Positions 25,216 to 37,054 of a DNA stretch of 64,000 nucleotides are shown one piece after another. The DNA lies in NCBI GenBank assembly GCA_964016885.1, contig OZ024742.1:9362001-9426000 (forward strand). The letters run 5' to 3'. Below the pieces are notes generated by a model. That model was not told where the DNA came from. It saw only the letters and a list, made by a program, of their open reading frames with translations, and ran no database searches. Within the stretch, counting starts at the first letter, position 1; the number at the start of each line of letters is the position of its first letter. Position numbers and translations under genes: made by a program. The stretch comes from Eledone cirrhosa (Eukaryota).

Positions 25216-28200
25216 CAAGACATGGGAACCCCGAATGTGAAACCCACACCGTGACTTTTAAAAGGGTTCCCCCCAAAAAAAACCACCAACCATGGAGGTC
25301 GAACCACCCGACCTTCAAGACCCCGGGAGGTAAGTAAACCTTCCCTTTCTCTCTTAGCTTACCAACATGGCCATATTAAGAGTAGGAAGTTTAAATGTTC
25401 GCGCCCTGGGGTCACCCTGGAAGCAGGGTCGCCTTCTCAACGACCTCAGGTCGCTGGAAATGGATGTGATTGCCGTAAGCGAGACCAGAATTTCCGACAC
25501 GTGCACACTAGTCACCATTTGCGACGACTATCAGATCTTCGCATCTGTTAGCAGGCCGGGAATAGGGGGGGGGGGGGGTGGCAGTGCTGTTTAGGAAAGG
25601 ACTGGATCTCGAGGTAAAGTCGATCTTCCGGGACCCGGACGGTAAGTTGGTGGTCTTGGATGTGAGCAGTAGCGAAGTTGGTGCCTTTAGACTGCTGGCC
25701 GTCTACGCCTCTTCAGGGGCCGGACGACCGGAATACTTTAGGCGCCTGGAGACCTTCTGGGTACGTCTCGCCCTTTACTGTTAGCGGGGGACCGGAATGA
25801 CATTTTAGACGCACGCTAGGATTGTGTGGGAGTAGCCGATAGGAGCGTGGGGTGCAAAAGCCTCAAGCACCTACTCAGCCAGTTCCAACCGTCTGACAGG
25901 TATCGACTAGATTTCCCCAATATGCCAGTATGGACATGGACCAACCAAATGGGGTCATCTAGATCGTATATAGACAGGATCTTCATTAGGAAAATAGATA
26001 GAAATAGTGTAGGCTACTCACTTTTTAAAACGGTCGCCTATTCAGATCACACATTTGTGATCTGTACGGTGGACCTAGATAAAACGCGTAGGTTAGGACC
26101 GGGTTACTGGAAGCTGAACATTTCATTTCCGGCACGTAAGACTTACACGGACCGAGTCAACAATTTAGTTAAGCAAAAGTTGACAGGGGGGATCATCAAC
26201 AACAGATGGTGGGGGGCTCTCAAAAGAGAGATTAGAGTAACTTCCATAGAGTTCAGCAAAGAACTAGCGTTAGAGAAAAATAGAAAGGAAGGGGAGCTGG
26301 TAGATAGTTTAGACGAGGCTATTTGTAGTGGCATTGCAACTATTTCTTCAATGCGAAACACGAAGGTTGCATTGTCAGAGCTAAGGCGCGTGCGCTGAGA
26401 AATGAGAGAACCAAAGCTGTTCGATGGGCCCGCGTGGCGGAGACGCAGCGTGGTAATAAAACCATAATTCGGTCGTTAGCGAACCGAGACGGACACGAGA
26501 TAAGCGATTCCAAGCGGATGTATGAGGCCTTTCACCAGCACATTGCTCGGTTGTTCGGAGAGAGTGGCGGGTCAGAGAGAATAGAGGATTTCACTCCCTA
26601 TCTTGGCGGCTTGCCGCGCATCTCGACGGTCGACGCTGAGCGCTGCGAAAGGCCGATTACTTCAGCCGAAATTCAGGACGCCCTTGTCGGCTGCATCAGG
26701 CGCAAGTCCCCCTGTTTGGTTGGCCAGCCCTATGAGCTTTACATAAATATGCCAGACTTGTTCTCCGATCTCCTCGAAGCACTCTACTGCAACTGGAAGT
26801 AGAATGGGAGTATTCCCAGTTCTGTGAGCAGGGGAGTGGTGACGCTGATAAGGAAAGACGAGAACAAGAGGGATACATTAGACAACTTCAGGCCCATAAC
26901 TCTGCTCAACACACAGTTTAAGATTTTGGCCAAGGTGTTAGCAAAGAGATTGGCGCTTGTCGTCGAGGATTTGGTTGGGGAGGCGTAAACTTGGGCAATC
27001 CCAACCAGGTCCATACACGACAATCTCCACCTAATGCGATACATCATAGAGAGGGTAGGGTGTAAACCTGGCTTCGGTGGGGCACTGATCAATTTAGATC
27101 AATCGAAAGCATTCGATAGGGTCGACCATCGGTATCTGGAGTTTGTCCTCAAAGCAGCTGGCTTCAGCCCTGTCTTTAGAAGCTGGATCGTTGCAATGCA
27201 CAGCGGCACACGCTCGGTGGTCAAGGTTAATGGCCACCTCTCAGAAGAATTTCGGCTCTCCCGATTGGTCCGTCAAGGGTGCCTCTCTCTTCCTTTCTGT
27301 ACGTATTGACTCTCGAGCCTTTACTGCGGAAGCTGGAGCTGTTGCAGGGAATCTCCCTCGAACCGGGACGTGGAAAGGCGGTGTCGGCTTATGCGGACGA
27401 CATCACCGTGATGGTGTCGAACACCTCAGAAATCGAGGTGGTCGGCACCTTATTGAAAGAAAATGAAAGGTTGTCAGGAGCCAAACTTAACCCGGAAAAG
27501 TCGGTGGGCTTGCAGCTCGGAACCTGGAGAGGCAAGCCCATGCCGTCCAAGAGCGTCGTGGGACGCTTGACGGACGGACCAGTAGAGTTGCTTGGAGTTT
27601 GGTTCGGACCAGACCTCCAGGTGGAAAAGAATTGGGACGAGGTAACGAGCAGAGTAGCCAGTCTCACCCAAAAATGGGCTGGGAGGAAGGTATTACTGAA
27701 AGGTCGCGCGGAGGTGGCGAATGCTTACATCGCGTCCGTCATCTACTACCGCCTGACCGTCGTGCCTTGCCCCCGTCCGTGCCTCGTCAAGTTGGAACGG
27801 CTCCTCTTCAAATTCTTGTGGAGGGGACAAGATCCGTTGGTGAGGCGGTCCATCTGCTGCCAGCACCCTCTACGCGGAGTGCTGGGCATGCCGTGGCTAA
27901 TGATGCGCAGACATGCGTTGAGGCTGCGACATCTCCAGATATTCTGCCTCAACGGTGAACAGGTGTGGTCGCCGTTTATCAGACGGGCCTTTCCGCACCT
28001 CATTTCTTTGACTGAGCTGCAGTCCTGGGTCAAGAAGAGACCGAGACTGGGGGGACTGGCACCTGGAATGTTGCCAGGCACTCACTGCCCTCCACCAAGC
28101 AGGCAATGCGATCAGTGAAACTTCCACTCTCGAGTTCTATAGAGGATTAGTGGTGGGAAGTGCGATGAGGCACTCGGAGAAGCTTTGGGCCTCGACGAAG

Positions 28201-29013
28201 TCGAACTGACCAGTCTCTACCGGAGGACTTTCGAGCCGGGGACGATAGACAATTTCCAGAAATCCCTCGCGTGGCAGTGTTACCGTCGGGCACTGCTGGT
28301 TCGGGATAAACTCTACAGGCACGGAAGTGCTTTCAGACGGACCTGCCCAAGATGCGCACAGAAAGACGAAACCGTTCTGCACGCAATTGTCCAATGTCCG
28401 TGCATTACTGACTTGTGGAGTTATGTTGAATAATTACTGTCGCGTGTGGAACGAATCCGGCTATCGGCCGAGTCCATAATGAAGATCGACCCGCCGCCTT
28501 CCTTAGGTCAGGAAGAGCAGGAAATTTTCCTCTGTCTGGTGGCAGTTGCGAAAGAGGTTATATGGTGGACCAGGTAAAAAGGACTGAAGAGGCAAGTGCT
28601 GCCTTCTAGCAAGTTTGTTGAAAGGTGGGTGAATGTAGCGAGAATGGTCCGAGTTAACGGGACCGCTCTGAATATACGTCTGCTGTTTGAGAGATGGAAA
28701 AATCGAGAGAAGGCGCTTGCCCTAGTAGTCAGGGTGGCCGTGGTCTTTTGTGTGGTTTTCGCCACGAGTAACCCTCGGAGGTCCCCCCCCCCGCCCTTTG
28801 GGGAATTTTTCATTGTTTCAATTTTCATTTTTATTGTTTATATATATATGTTTCTATGTTCTTTTTTTTCTTTTCTTATATAAATAATAAAAATATTTAC
28901 AGGCACAAAACCTACATCGTACCGTCCTGTACCGTCCTTTGCCGTCTCTAATGTTTTTCTTGATGTCAGCCCTTGTGGCCAATAAAGAAATCATTATTAT
29001 TATTATTATTATT
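25216..29013 (+). mobile_element. L1/Tx1-like LINE copy A (5'-truncated, chimeric 3' end)
   Basis: 25216-25357 matches the ORF1 end of copy C. Disrupted ORF2 follows, ending aataaagaaatc(att)n at 28981-29013. Confidence 0.9.
25367..28690 (+). pseudogene. Copy A ORF2 (APE endonuclease-RT-CCHC), multiple frameshifts and stops
   Basis: SLNVRAL, SET, YIDRIF, YSDH, LDQSKAFDRVDH, VRQGC, AYADD, CPRCAQKDETVLHAIVQC. Confidence 0.9.
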
Positions 29014-29218
29014 GTTGGTGAAGCCATGCTTCTTATCGCCTCCAGTCTTTTTCAACGTTTTACCTCTTTTTCAACCGTTCTAAACCTTTTATTCAAGTTT
29101 TAAATTTGATAAAAGTTTAGAAGAAGTGACCCACCTAATAGTAAATAACACGGCACCCCTTTACGGGGTGTCGTATTCGCATTTGTGTAAACATTTTTTT
29201 TTTTTTTTAAATTTCAAC

Positions 29219-30745
29219 ATGGATAACACAAAGAGAGAGGGCGCTGTCAGACAACACAGAGAGGGGGAGACTTTATCAGCATGTCAACAAGACAGCGTTC
29301 CAGCGGAGGTAAATACAAACGAAAATATTACAAAGGAAAAAAAGATTGTTACAGATTTAAAATTAACAAATATTTCTAACACAAACAACACCAACAATAA
29401 CACCAACAACATCACCAACAACAACACCAAAAATAACAGCGGTAAAGTCGAGAACGACAATAACAAAAATAACAGCGGTAAGGTCGAGAACGATAATAAC
29501 AATGACAATAACAACAGCCACAACAACAATAATAGTAGGAACAGTATCAACAAAAACAACAATAATAACAACAGCCACAATAACAGTAACAGCAGCAACA
29601 GTATCAACGAAAGCAACACCAACAACTGTACTAGCGAAAAGAACAACAATGACACCGATACCTGTAATTGCGACCTCAGCACCACCAGTAAGACCAGTAG
29701 CGGCAGCAATAGTGGTGCTGCTGAAAAAGGGACCACTTCTTTTGCAGGTGTCGCCCGAAATATCGAGACAGTGTTAGTCACAGAGGAGGAGATGGCAGTC
29801 GCAAGGGCCATGGTGACAAGAAGCGCAAATAGAGATTCCCTGAAACCACCACCCGATTTGTTCAAGGACCAGCAGCTACGAACGGTGACTTACCGCACCG
29901 TAAGCAAAATCTCACATCGAGTGGAGAGAGCCACAGAGACTCAAATCCAAAAGGCCTTGGGGTGCGTCTGGGCACGGAAAACCCACATCACACGAGGCAG
30001 AAAGTACGCCACAGTAGACGTACTTTTCGCTATCCCCCAGGAAGCAAAGTCTCACTCTTTGGAAACCCTAAAGAGTGAGGAGTTAGTCTTGGTGCCCTCC
30101 TACTGCGGGCAGAAAATTGTGAAGGTCAAAGTGACCCAGGTCCCACCCGACGTGCCCATACCTTGGCTGGCCGCGTCTGTCCTTGCTGGAATTGAGAACA
30201 GGGCGACCCTGCTGCAAGTGGAAAAAATAGGGAGAGAGAACTGGTCAGGTATAGGCATGCAAATGCTTATACAAACTGACCAGGAATGTATCGAAACTAT
30301 CCCCGATATCATAGACTTTGAGGAAGGACTCCAACTCCCTATAAGTGTAGAAGGACGACGGCCAAAATGTTATCTCTGTGGGTCGAAAGGTCACTTCAGG
30401 GCCTTTTGCTCGCAGAAGACACCGAAGAGGGCCCCTCTCCTTCCAATACATAGTCCGCTGCTACCAAGAGCAGGACAGGCAACAAACGAAGAAGCCCCTT
30501 CCACGGTGAGTAGGAGGGTAACGTCCGTAGCACCCGTACCAAGGCCATGGATAACTAAAGCAGCAGCTTCAGTAGCGGTAACACCAATAGCTACATTTGA
30601 AATAGCTACACCAGCAACAAAATTGCCGAAGAGGGCTCCACTACCACCACCAACAGCCGTGGAGCAAATACCCCTCCCAGACGCCACAGAATCCGACATG
30701 GAGTTTGAGGCGGGAATGACGTGGCAAACAGTCTGCCACAAATAA
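29219..30745 (+). CDS. Copy B ORF1, gag-like with CCHC knuckle; originally extended to ~31115
   Basis: Asn-rich N-terminus, SFAGVA, RPKCYLCGSKGHFRAFC (CX2CX4HX4C) and a Pro/Thr-rich tail; homologous to copy D ORF1. Confidence 0.8.
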   Translation: MDNTKREGAVRQHREGETLSACQQDSVPAEVNTNENITKEKKIVTDLKLTNISNTNNTNNNTNNITNNNTKNNSGKVENDNNKNNSGKVENDNNNDNNNSHNNNNSRNSINKNNNNNNSHNNSNSSNSINESNTNNCTSEKNNNDTDTCNCDLSTTSKTSSGSNSGAAEKGTTSFAGVARNIETVLVTEEEMAVARAMVTRSANRDSLKPPPDLFKDQQLRTVTYRTVSKISHRVERATETQIQKALGCVWARKTHITRGRKYATVDVLFAIPQEAKSHSLETLKSEELVLVPSYCGQKIVKVKVTQVPPDVPIPWLAASVLAGIENRATLLQVEKIGRENWSGIGMQMLIQTDQECIETIPDIIDFEEGLQLPISVEGRRPKCYLCGSKGHFRAFCSQKTPKRAPLLPIHSPLLPRAGQATNEEAPSTVSRRVTSVAPVPRPWITKAAASVAVTPIATFEIATPATKLPKRAPLPPPTAVEQIPLPDATESDMEFEAGMTWQTVCHK

Positions 30746-31150
30746 AAAAATAATAAAAAACCCTTAGATTCACCCTTCAAAAGCGAAGGCATACAAAGAT
30801 GGGTAAAGGCAGCAAGGAAACTTGCAGCAACACCATCACAAACACCAACAACGCAAACACAACAATACACACTCACCAAACAGCAACAAGAAGATAACGG
30901 CAACAAAATCACCCCTCCCCCCAAAAAGTACACAGCCATAAACATAGCAAAAAAAGAACTCATAAAATATATAAAGCAGCACACAGACATCACGGAAAAA
31001 AATTACTACACCCCACCAACACCAAGAACTCTCCCGACAAACATAAGCATCATCGAAATCTCAATAGAACAATACAAACCTTCAATACAAAAATTTCCCA
31101 CACGAACAAGGTAAGTGACCCTTTCTCATTTGCCCCATTTCTCATCCAAC

Positions 31151-34100
31151 ATGGCTGTACTCAGAATAGGCAGTATAAATGCAGGTGGCCTGGGGGTCAT
31201 CTTGGAAGCAGGGTCACCTGCTCAATGACCTCAGGTCACTAAACATAGATGTGGTGGCCATCAGTGAAACCAGAATCTCCGAGGCACGGGCCTTCGCACC
31301 GTACCTCGGCGGCTACGATGTATACGCATCTCCCAGCGGTCCAGGATCGGGGGGAAGGGGTGACGTCCTTTTTCGGAGAGGCTTGGATCTCGCGATACCA
31401 TCTTCCTGGACCCAGAAGGTAAGTCGGTGATGCTGGACGTGACTGGCATCGAAGGCAATGCTTTCAGGCTAGTAGCCGTCTACGCCCCAACGGGGGCAGG
31501 ACGGCCAGATTTTTTCAGACGTCTAGAGACCTTTCTTGGAACGTCCCGCTCTTTAGTGTTAGTGGGCGACTGGAACGGTATCTTGGATGCACGCTGGGAT
31601 CGTGTGGGGCTAGTAGATAGGGGAGGAGGGTACAAGAGCCTCACCGACCTGCTCAGACGCTTTAAACTGTCTGACAGGTATCGACTGGATCACCAGAATG
31701 TGCCAATGTGGACATGGACAAACAGCGTCGGGTCATCCAGATCGTATCTAGATAGGGTATTCTGCAGGGAACTAGATAAGGCTAGTAAAAGTTGTCCACA
31801 ATTTAAAATAGTCGACTACACAGACCACACATTTGTGATCTGTGAGATCGACATAGACAGACTTCATAGACAAGGGCCTGGTTACTGGAACCTGAACGCG
31901 TCTTTCCCGGCGCACAAGGTTTACAGAGACCGGATAAGCGTATTAGTTAAGCGGGCGTTGACGGGAGCGGTCGTCAATAACAGGTGGTGGTTCGCCCTTA
32001 AAAGGGCAATTAAAGTAGAGTCGATTAGGTTTAGCAAAGGAGTAGTGATAGAGGAAAATAGAGTAGAGGGCGAGCTAGTCAGAAAGCTAGAAGAGGCGTT
32101 TAGGACAGGCATCGCAACCGACGTGCTTGCGGCGAGATTGGCGCTCGACCAATTCTTCAACGCAAAACACGAAGGCTGCGTTGTCAGAGCTAGAACGCGT
32201 GCTCTGAAACACGAGGGGACAAAAGCCGTCTAATTGGCCCGGGTGGCAGAGGCGCGACGTGGCAACAAGTCCACAATTCGGTCTTTGCCTGATCAAAACG
32301 GGCGCATGTTGCTCGAACCCGAGCAGATGTGTGCGGCTTTTCAGCAGCACTTTGCTGAACTGTTCGGGAGCGGCGGCGGCCCGGATCGGGACATGGACTT
32401 CAGTGCATACCTCGACGGACTTCCTCGGCTCTCGACTACCGCAGCACAGTGTTGCGAAAAGCCATATAACAGCCGGTTAAATACGGGAAGCGATGGCTAA
32501 CTGCACAAGAGGTAAATCGCCAGGTTTCGTTGGTCTGCCCTACGAGCTTTTTGCATTTATGCCAGACTTGTTCGGTGACCTCTTGGCAGACGTCTACTGC
32601 AACTGGCAGCAGAACGGGAGCATTCCCAGTTTTGTGAGCCGGAGAGCAGTGGCGCTGCTGAGAAAAGACCCGAACAAGGGGGATGTTATTGATAATTTCA
32701 GGCCCATAACCCTGCTAAACGCAGAGTTCAAGATTTTGGCCAAGATGTTAGCAACGAGGTTGGCGCTTGTTGTCAAGGGTCTGGTTGGAGAGGCGCAGAC
32801 ATGCGCCATCCCGGACAGATCCATACACGACAACCTCCACCTCATGCGATACATCATAGAGAGGGTGGTTAAGGAACCTGGCAAAGGTGTGCCCTGATCA
32901 ACTCGGATCAATCCAAAGCATTCGATAGGGTCGACCATCGGTACCTGGCGGCGGTCTTCGAGGCAGCCGGTTTCGGGCCCGTTTTCATGCGTTGGATCGC
33001 AGCAATGTACAGTGACATCTGGTCAGTTGTGAGGGTGAACAGTCACCTGTCGCAGCCGTTCAGCATCATGCGCTCAGTCCGCCATGTTTGTCCCCTCTCG
33101 TCCCTCTTGTACGTATTGGCTCTCGAGCCGTTACTGCACAAACTGAGGGCGATGAGGGGCGTCCCACGCGAACTAGGATGCGGGAAATCCGAGTCGGCTT
33201 ACGCTGACGACGTCACCGTGGTGGTGGCGAGCACCAGACACATCCAGATGCTCGGCACCGCTCTCAAGGAATACGAAGCGGTGACAGGAGCAAAGATAAA
33301 CCAGGAAAAGTCGGTGGGCTTGCAGCTAGGCACCTGGAGAGGCAAGTCCATGCCGTCCGACAGCGTCGTGGGGCGTTAGACGGACGGACCGGTTAAATTG
33401 CTCGGGGTCTGGTTCGGAGCGGACCTCGAGATGGAGAAAATCTGGAACGAGGTGACGAGCAGGGTGGCTTCTCTCACCCAGAAATGGGCTGAGAGGAAGC
33501 TATCGCTGAAAGGCCGGGCGGAAGTGGCGAATGCGTACATCGCATCCGTCATCTGCTACCGCCTCACCGTCGTCCCTTGCTCCAGCCGAATTCTCACCAA
33601 AATGGAGCGCCTCCTCTTCCGCTTTTTGTGGAAGGGACGCGCTCCCATGGTCAGACGATCCATCTACTGTCAACACCCGTTGCGTGGAGGACTTGGCATG
33701 CCATGGCTGATGATGCGCAAACATGCTTGAGGCTGCGACATCTCTGGTGCTTCCTTGCTGGTGAACGGGTGTGGTGGCCGTTCGCCAGGCACATTTTCCC
33801 ACAGCTCGTCTCCTTGACGGAGTTGCAGTCCTGGGTCAGAAAAAGTCCGAGGGTAGCGCTTGGAAACTGGAATGTCTCCAGGCGCTCACTGCCATCTCCC
33901 AGTTGGGCACCACTATCGGTGGAACATCCACCTCGGCGTTCTATAGAGGACTAGTGGAGGGGAAGAGCGACGACGTTCTCGAAGAGATCCTGGGCGTCGA
34001 AGAAGATCAGCTGCGTGCTCTCTTCCGGAGAACTTTCAGCCCGGGGCCTATGTATAACTTCCAAAGATCCCTGGCCTGGCTGTGATACCGGGGAGCGCTG

Positions 34101-34545
34101 CCGGTTCGAGATAAGCTCTACAGGCATGGAAGTGCCGTCAGCCGAGCCTGACCTAGATGCGCGCATAGCGACGAAACCGTTGTGCACGCACTCGTTCAGT
34201 GCCCGAGCATTGCTGACTTGTGGAGCTATGTCGAACAGTTTCTGTCACGTGTGGGACTGATCCGGTTGTCGACTGAGTCCATTGTGCAGATGGTCTCGCC
34301 GTCTTCCTTTGAGGAGGAAGGGCAGGTGGTTTTCATCTGCCTGGTGGCCATGGCGAAAGAGATTGTGTGGTGGACAAGGTTAAAAGGATTAAAGACAAAC
34401 ACTTTCCTCTTCGCGAATCCCTGATTAACTTTTTCAAGTTTCACTTGAAGAGGAAAATCAGGGTGGAGAGGCAAGTGCTGCTTTCTAGCAAGTTTGTTGA
34501 AAGGTGGGTGAATGTAGCGAGAATGGTCTGAATATACGTCTGTAG
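31151..34545 (+). pseudogene. Copy B ORF2 (APE-RT-CCHC), disrupted
   Basis: MAVLRIGSINA, AVYAP, GDWN, YLDRVF, TDH, RPITLLN, AYADD; many frameshifts and stops. Confidence 0.9.
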
Positions 34546-34831
34546 TTTGAGAGATGGAAAAATTGTGAGAGGGCGCTTGCCCTGGTAGTCAGGGTGGCCG
34601 TGGTCTTTTATGTGGTTTTCGCCACGAGTAACCCTCGGAGGTTTCCCCCCTATTGGGGAATTTTTCATTGTTTCAATTTTCATTTTATTGTTTATATATA
34701 TATATGTTTTATGTCTTTTTTCTTTTCTTATATAAATAATAAAAATATTTACACGCACAAAACCCACATCGTCCGTCCTGTTCCGTCTGTGATGTTTTTC
34801 TTGATGTCAGCCCTTGTGGCCAATAAAGAAA

Positions 34832-34868
<37 letters not shown>

Positions 34869-35094
34869 GGCCGCACATGTGTGAAGACAGACAAGTCTGC
34901 GGGGAAAAAGGTTCGTAGCTTTAAGCTGTTTTAAAGTATCTTTTTTTGTATTTTCTTGTCATTAACGAAACTTAAGGTACACATCTTGATTTAAAGAGAA
35001 GGATACCTCTCAATATTCGGCCTTTAAGCCCGAATATTCAGATTTATTTTTTAAAAACTTCGAAAAAAATCGCTTCCCCACCCACCAAAAAATT

Positions 35095-37045
35095 ATGGAA
35101 ATTTTCGACCTTGAAACGGTAAACAACGTTCAGGTCAAAAGTTTAAAGGCAGCCACTGTAGATTTCACCACGACTACGACGGCTACAGTCATGCCTGTCA
35201 TCCACTCTACTGAATGTTAAGGCAAAACTAAAAAGCTACCATCACAACCTTCTGCCATAGCAGCAGTATCATCTGAAAACGACATCACCACCACCGCCAC
35301 CACCAACCACAACAACAACACAGAGCAATAACGACAATAACTCCGACAGCTTCAATGTAAATAAGGATGGCGGTGTCAACAGCAAGAATGACAACAACAA
35401 CAATAAGAGCATCAGAAACACCACATTTGCTGCAGCAGCAGCAAAAACAAAGCGCTTATTGAATATTGATATTGATATTAGCGATAAAGACGAACAGTTG
35501 GCCAAAGCGTGGAGGCTAATTAAACGGGAGAAGTCTTGGGCAAACCTGACCATCCCGGACGAGGCAATAGCGGCCATGCAAAGGAGGACGGTGCTCTTTC
35601 GATGTATTTCGGTGCAGACACGAAAAGTGGAACTTGCGAGCCAAGCAGAGGTAGAGGCTGCTTTGGAGTACATCGGAAGTAACATAGAGTACAAAGCAAG
35701 AGGCAAACAGTTCGGTACCATCTCGGTACTGTTCAAAACCGAGGCCCTCTCTATTAAGCACTCGGTGACCCCCTGCAGAACGGAACGCATTATCATGAAT
35801 CCGTCCTATATGGGTAAAAGGACAGTGAAGGTACGCATTCCCAGCATCCCACCAGGAATGAACATAGGGTGGCTGTTGGGATGCGTAATCGAGGAGGGGA
35901 CAGACACCACCCTCCTGGACATCAAAAGGACAGAGAGAGAGGACTGGTCCGGAATGGATTTGGAGATTCTTCTCCAAATGAAACTGGAGGATATGAATAA
36001 CATCCCAGATTTTGCCCGCCTGCAGGACGGGACAACAGTCCAACTAATGATTGACGGAAGAAGGCCACGTTGCTTCGTTTGCGGGGAAGCAACGCATCTT
36101 CAAGCCTTCTGCCCTCAGCGGAAAAATGCAGGGGGTCGCAAACCTCCTTTGTTGCCAACGCCAATGTCAGCACGGAAAGCTGCACCACCACCACCACCAA
36201 AAACAGCATCAACAAAAACACGGACACCAACATCAAAAGCTGCCGGATCACCACCAACACCAAAACCAATCCAAGGAGAAAACGAGGAAAGCTCTCCCAC
36301 TCCCCCTACCCCCCCCCCCCAATTATACACATAGACAAAAAAAATAATAAACGCACACACAGACACAGAGACACTCACAGACACAGACCCTTTGTCTTCC
36401 AGCAGCGAAGATGAAGGAAAACCCAAAAGTGCAGAAAAACAGAGAAAACTCACAAAAAAAAAGCCCCAACAAAACACAAAAACGCACACAACAAAAAATA
36501 CAGACACCACTAACGCAAACACTTCCCCAATAACATCAGCACCATCAGCAACATCGACACCACCTCCAAAATCCCCGAAACGCAAACAACCTAAACAAAC
36601 ACAAGTACAAATAAACACACAAATACCTGAAATTGCAGATACCACACCTACAACAAACATAGACATACCCGAAACAACACCACCAAAACCATCGCCACCA
36701 CCTTCACCAAAACGAAAACAAATAAAACCACACCAACAAAATGTTAAAAACTTCGTGCTAGTCAGAAGGGCCAACGATAAACTGATGGCCCTCTTAGCGC
36801 GAAGCGAGGACATTCAAACAGAGGGGGAGATTTTTGAAATGAGCACATTTTGCGTGCCAGAAGATTTGCTTCTGGTCCGAATGTCACTCAATTCCTTCAA
36901 AGAAATTCGAGAGAGCTTTCCTCAAGACGTGGGAAACCCGAATGAGAAACCCACATCAAGACTTTTAAAGGGTTTCCCAAAAGAAACTCCACCCGACATT
37001 CACAAGACCCGGGAGGTAAGTAAACCTTCCCTCTCTCTCTCTTAG
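35095..37045 (+). pseudogene. Copy C ORF1, gag-like with CCHC knuckle, disrupted
   Basis: Track ORFs 35459-36334 and 36392-37045; RPRCFVCGEATHLQAFC; Pro/Thr-rich region. Confidence 0.8.
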
Positions 37046-37054
37046 TTTACCAAT

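Larger units (their letters stand above)
29014..34868 (+). mobile_element. L1/Tx1-like LINE copy B (apparently full length, decayed)
   Basis: Begins immediately after A's (ATT)n; has 5' UTR, ORF1, ORF2, 3' UTR and aataaagaaatc(att)n at 34822-34868. Confidence 0.9.

Noticed and set aside
24722-25318. 198-aa ORF as an independent nuclease gene
   Set aside because: Its N-terminus is antisense of LINE A; the rest is the RLE domain of a truncated LINE with a frameshift and a premature stop.
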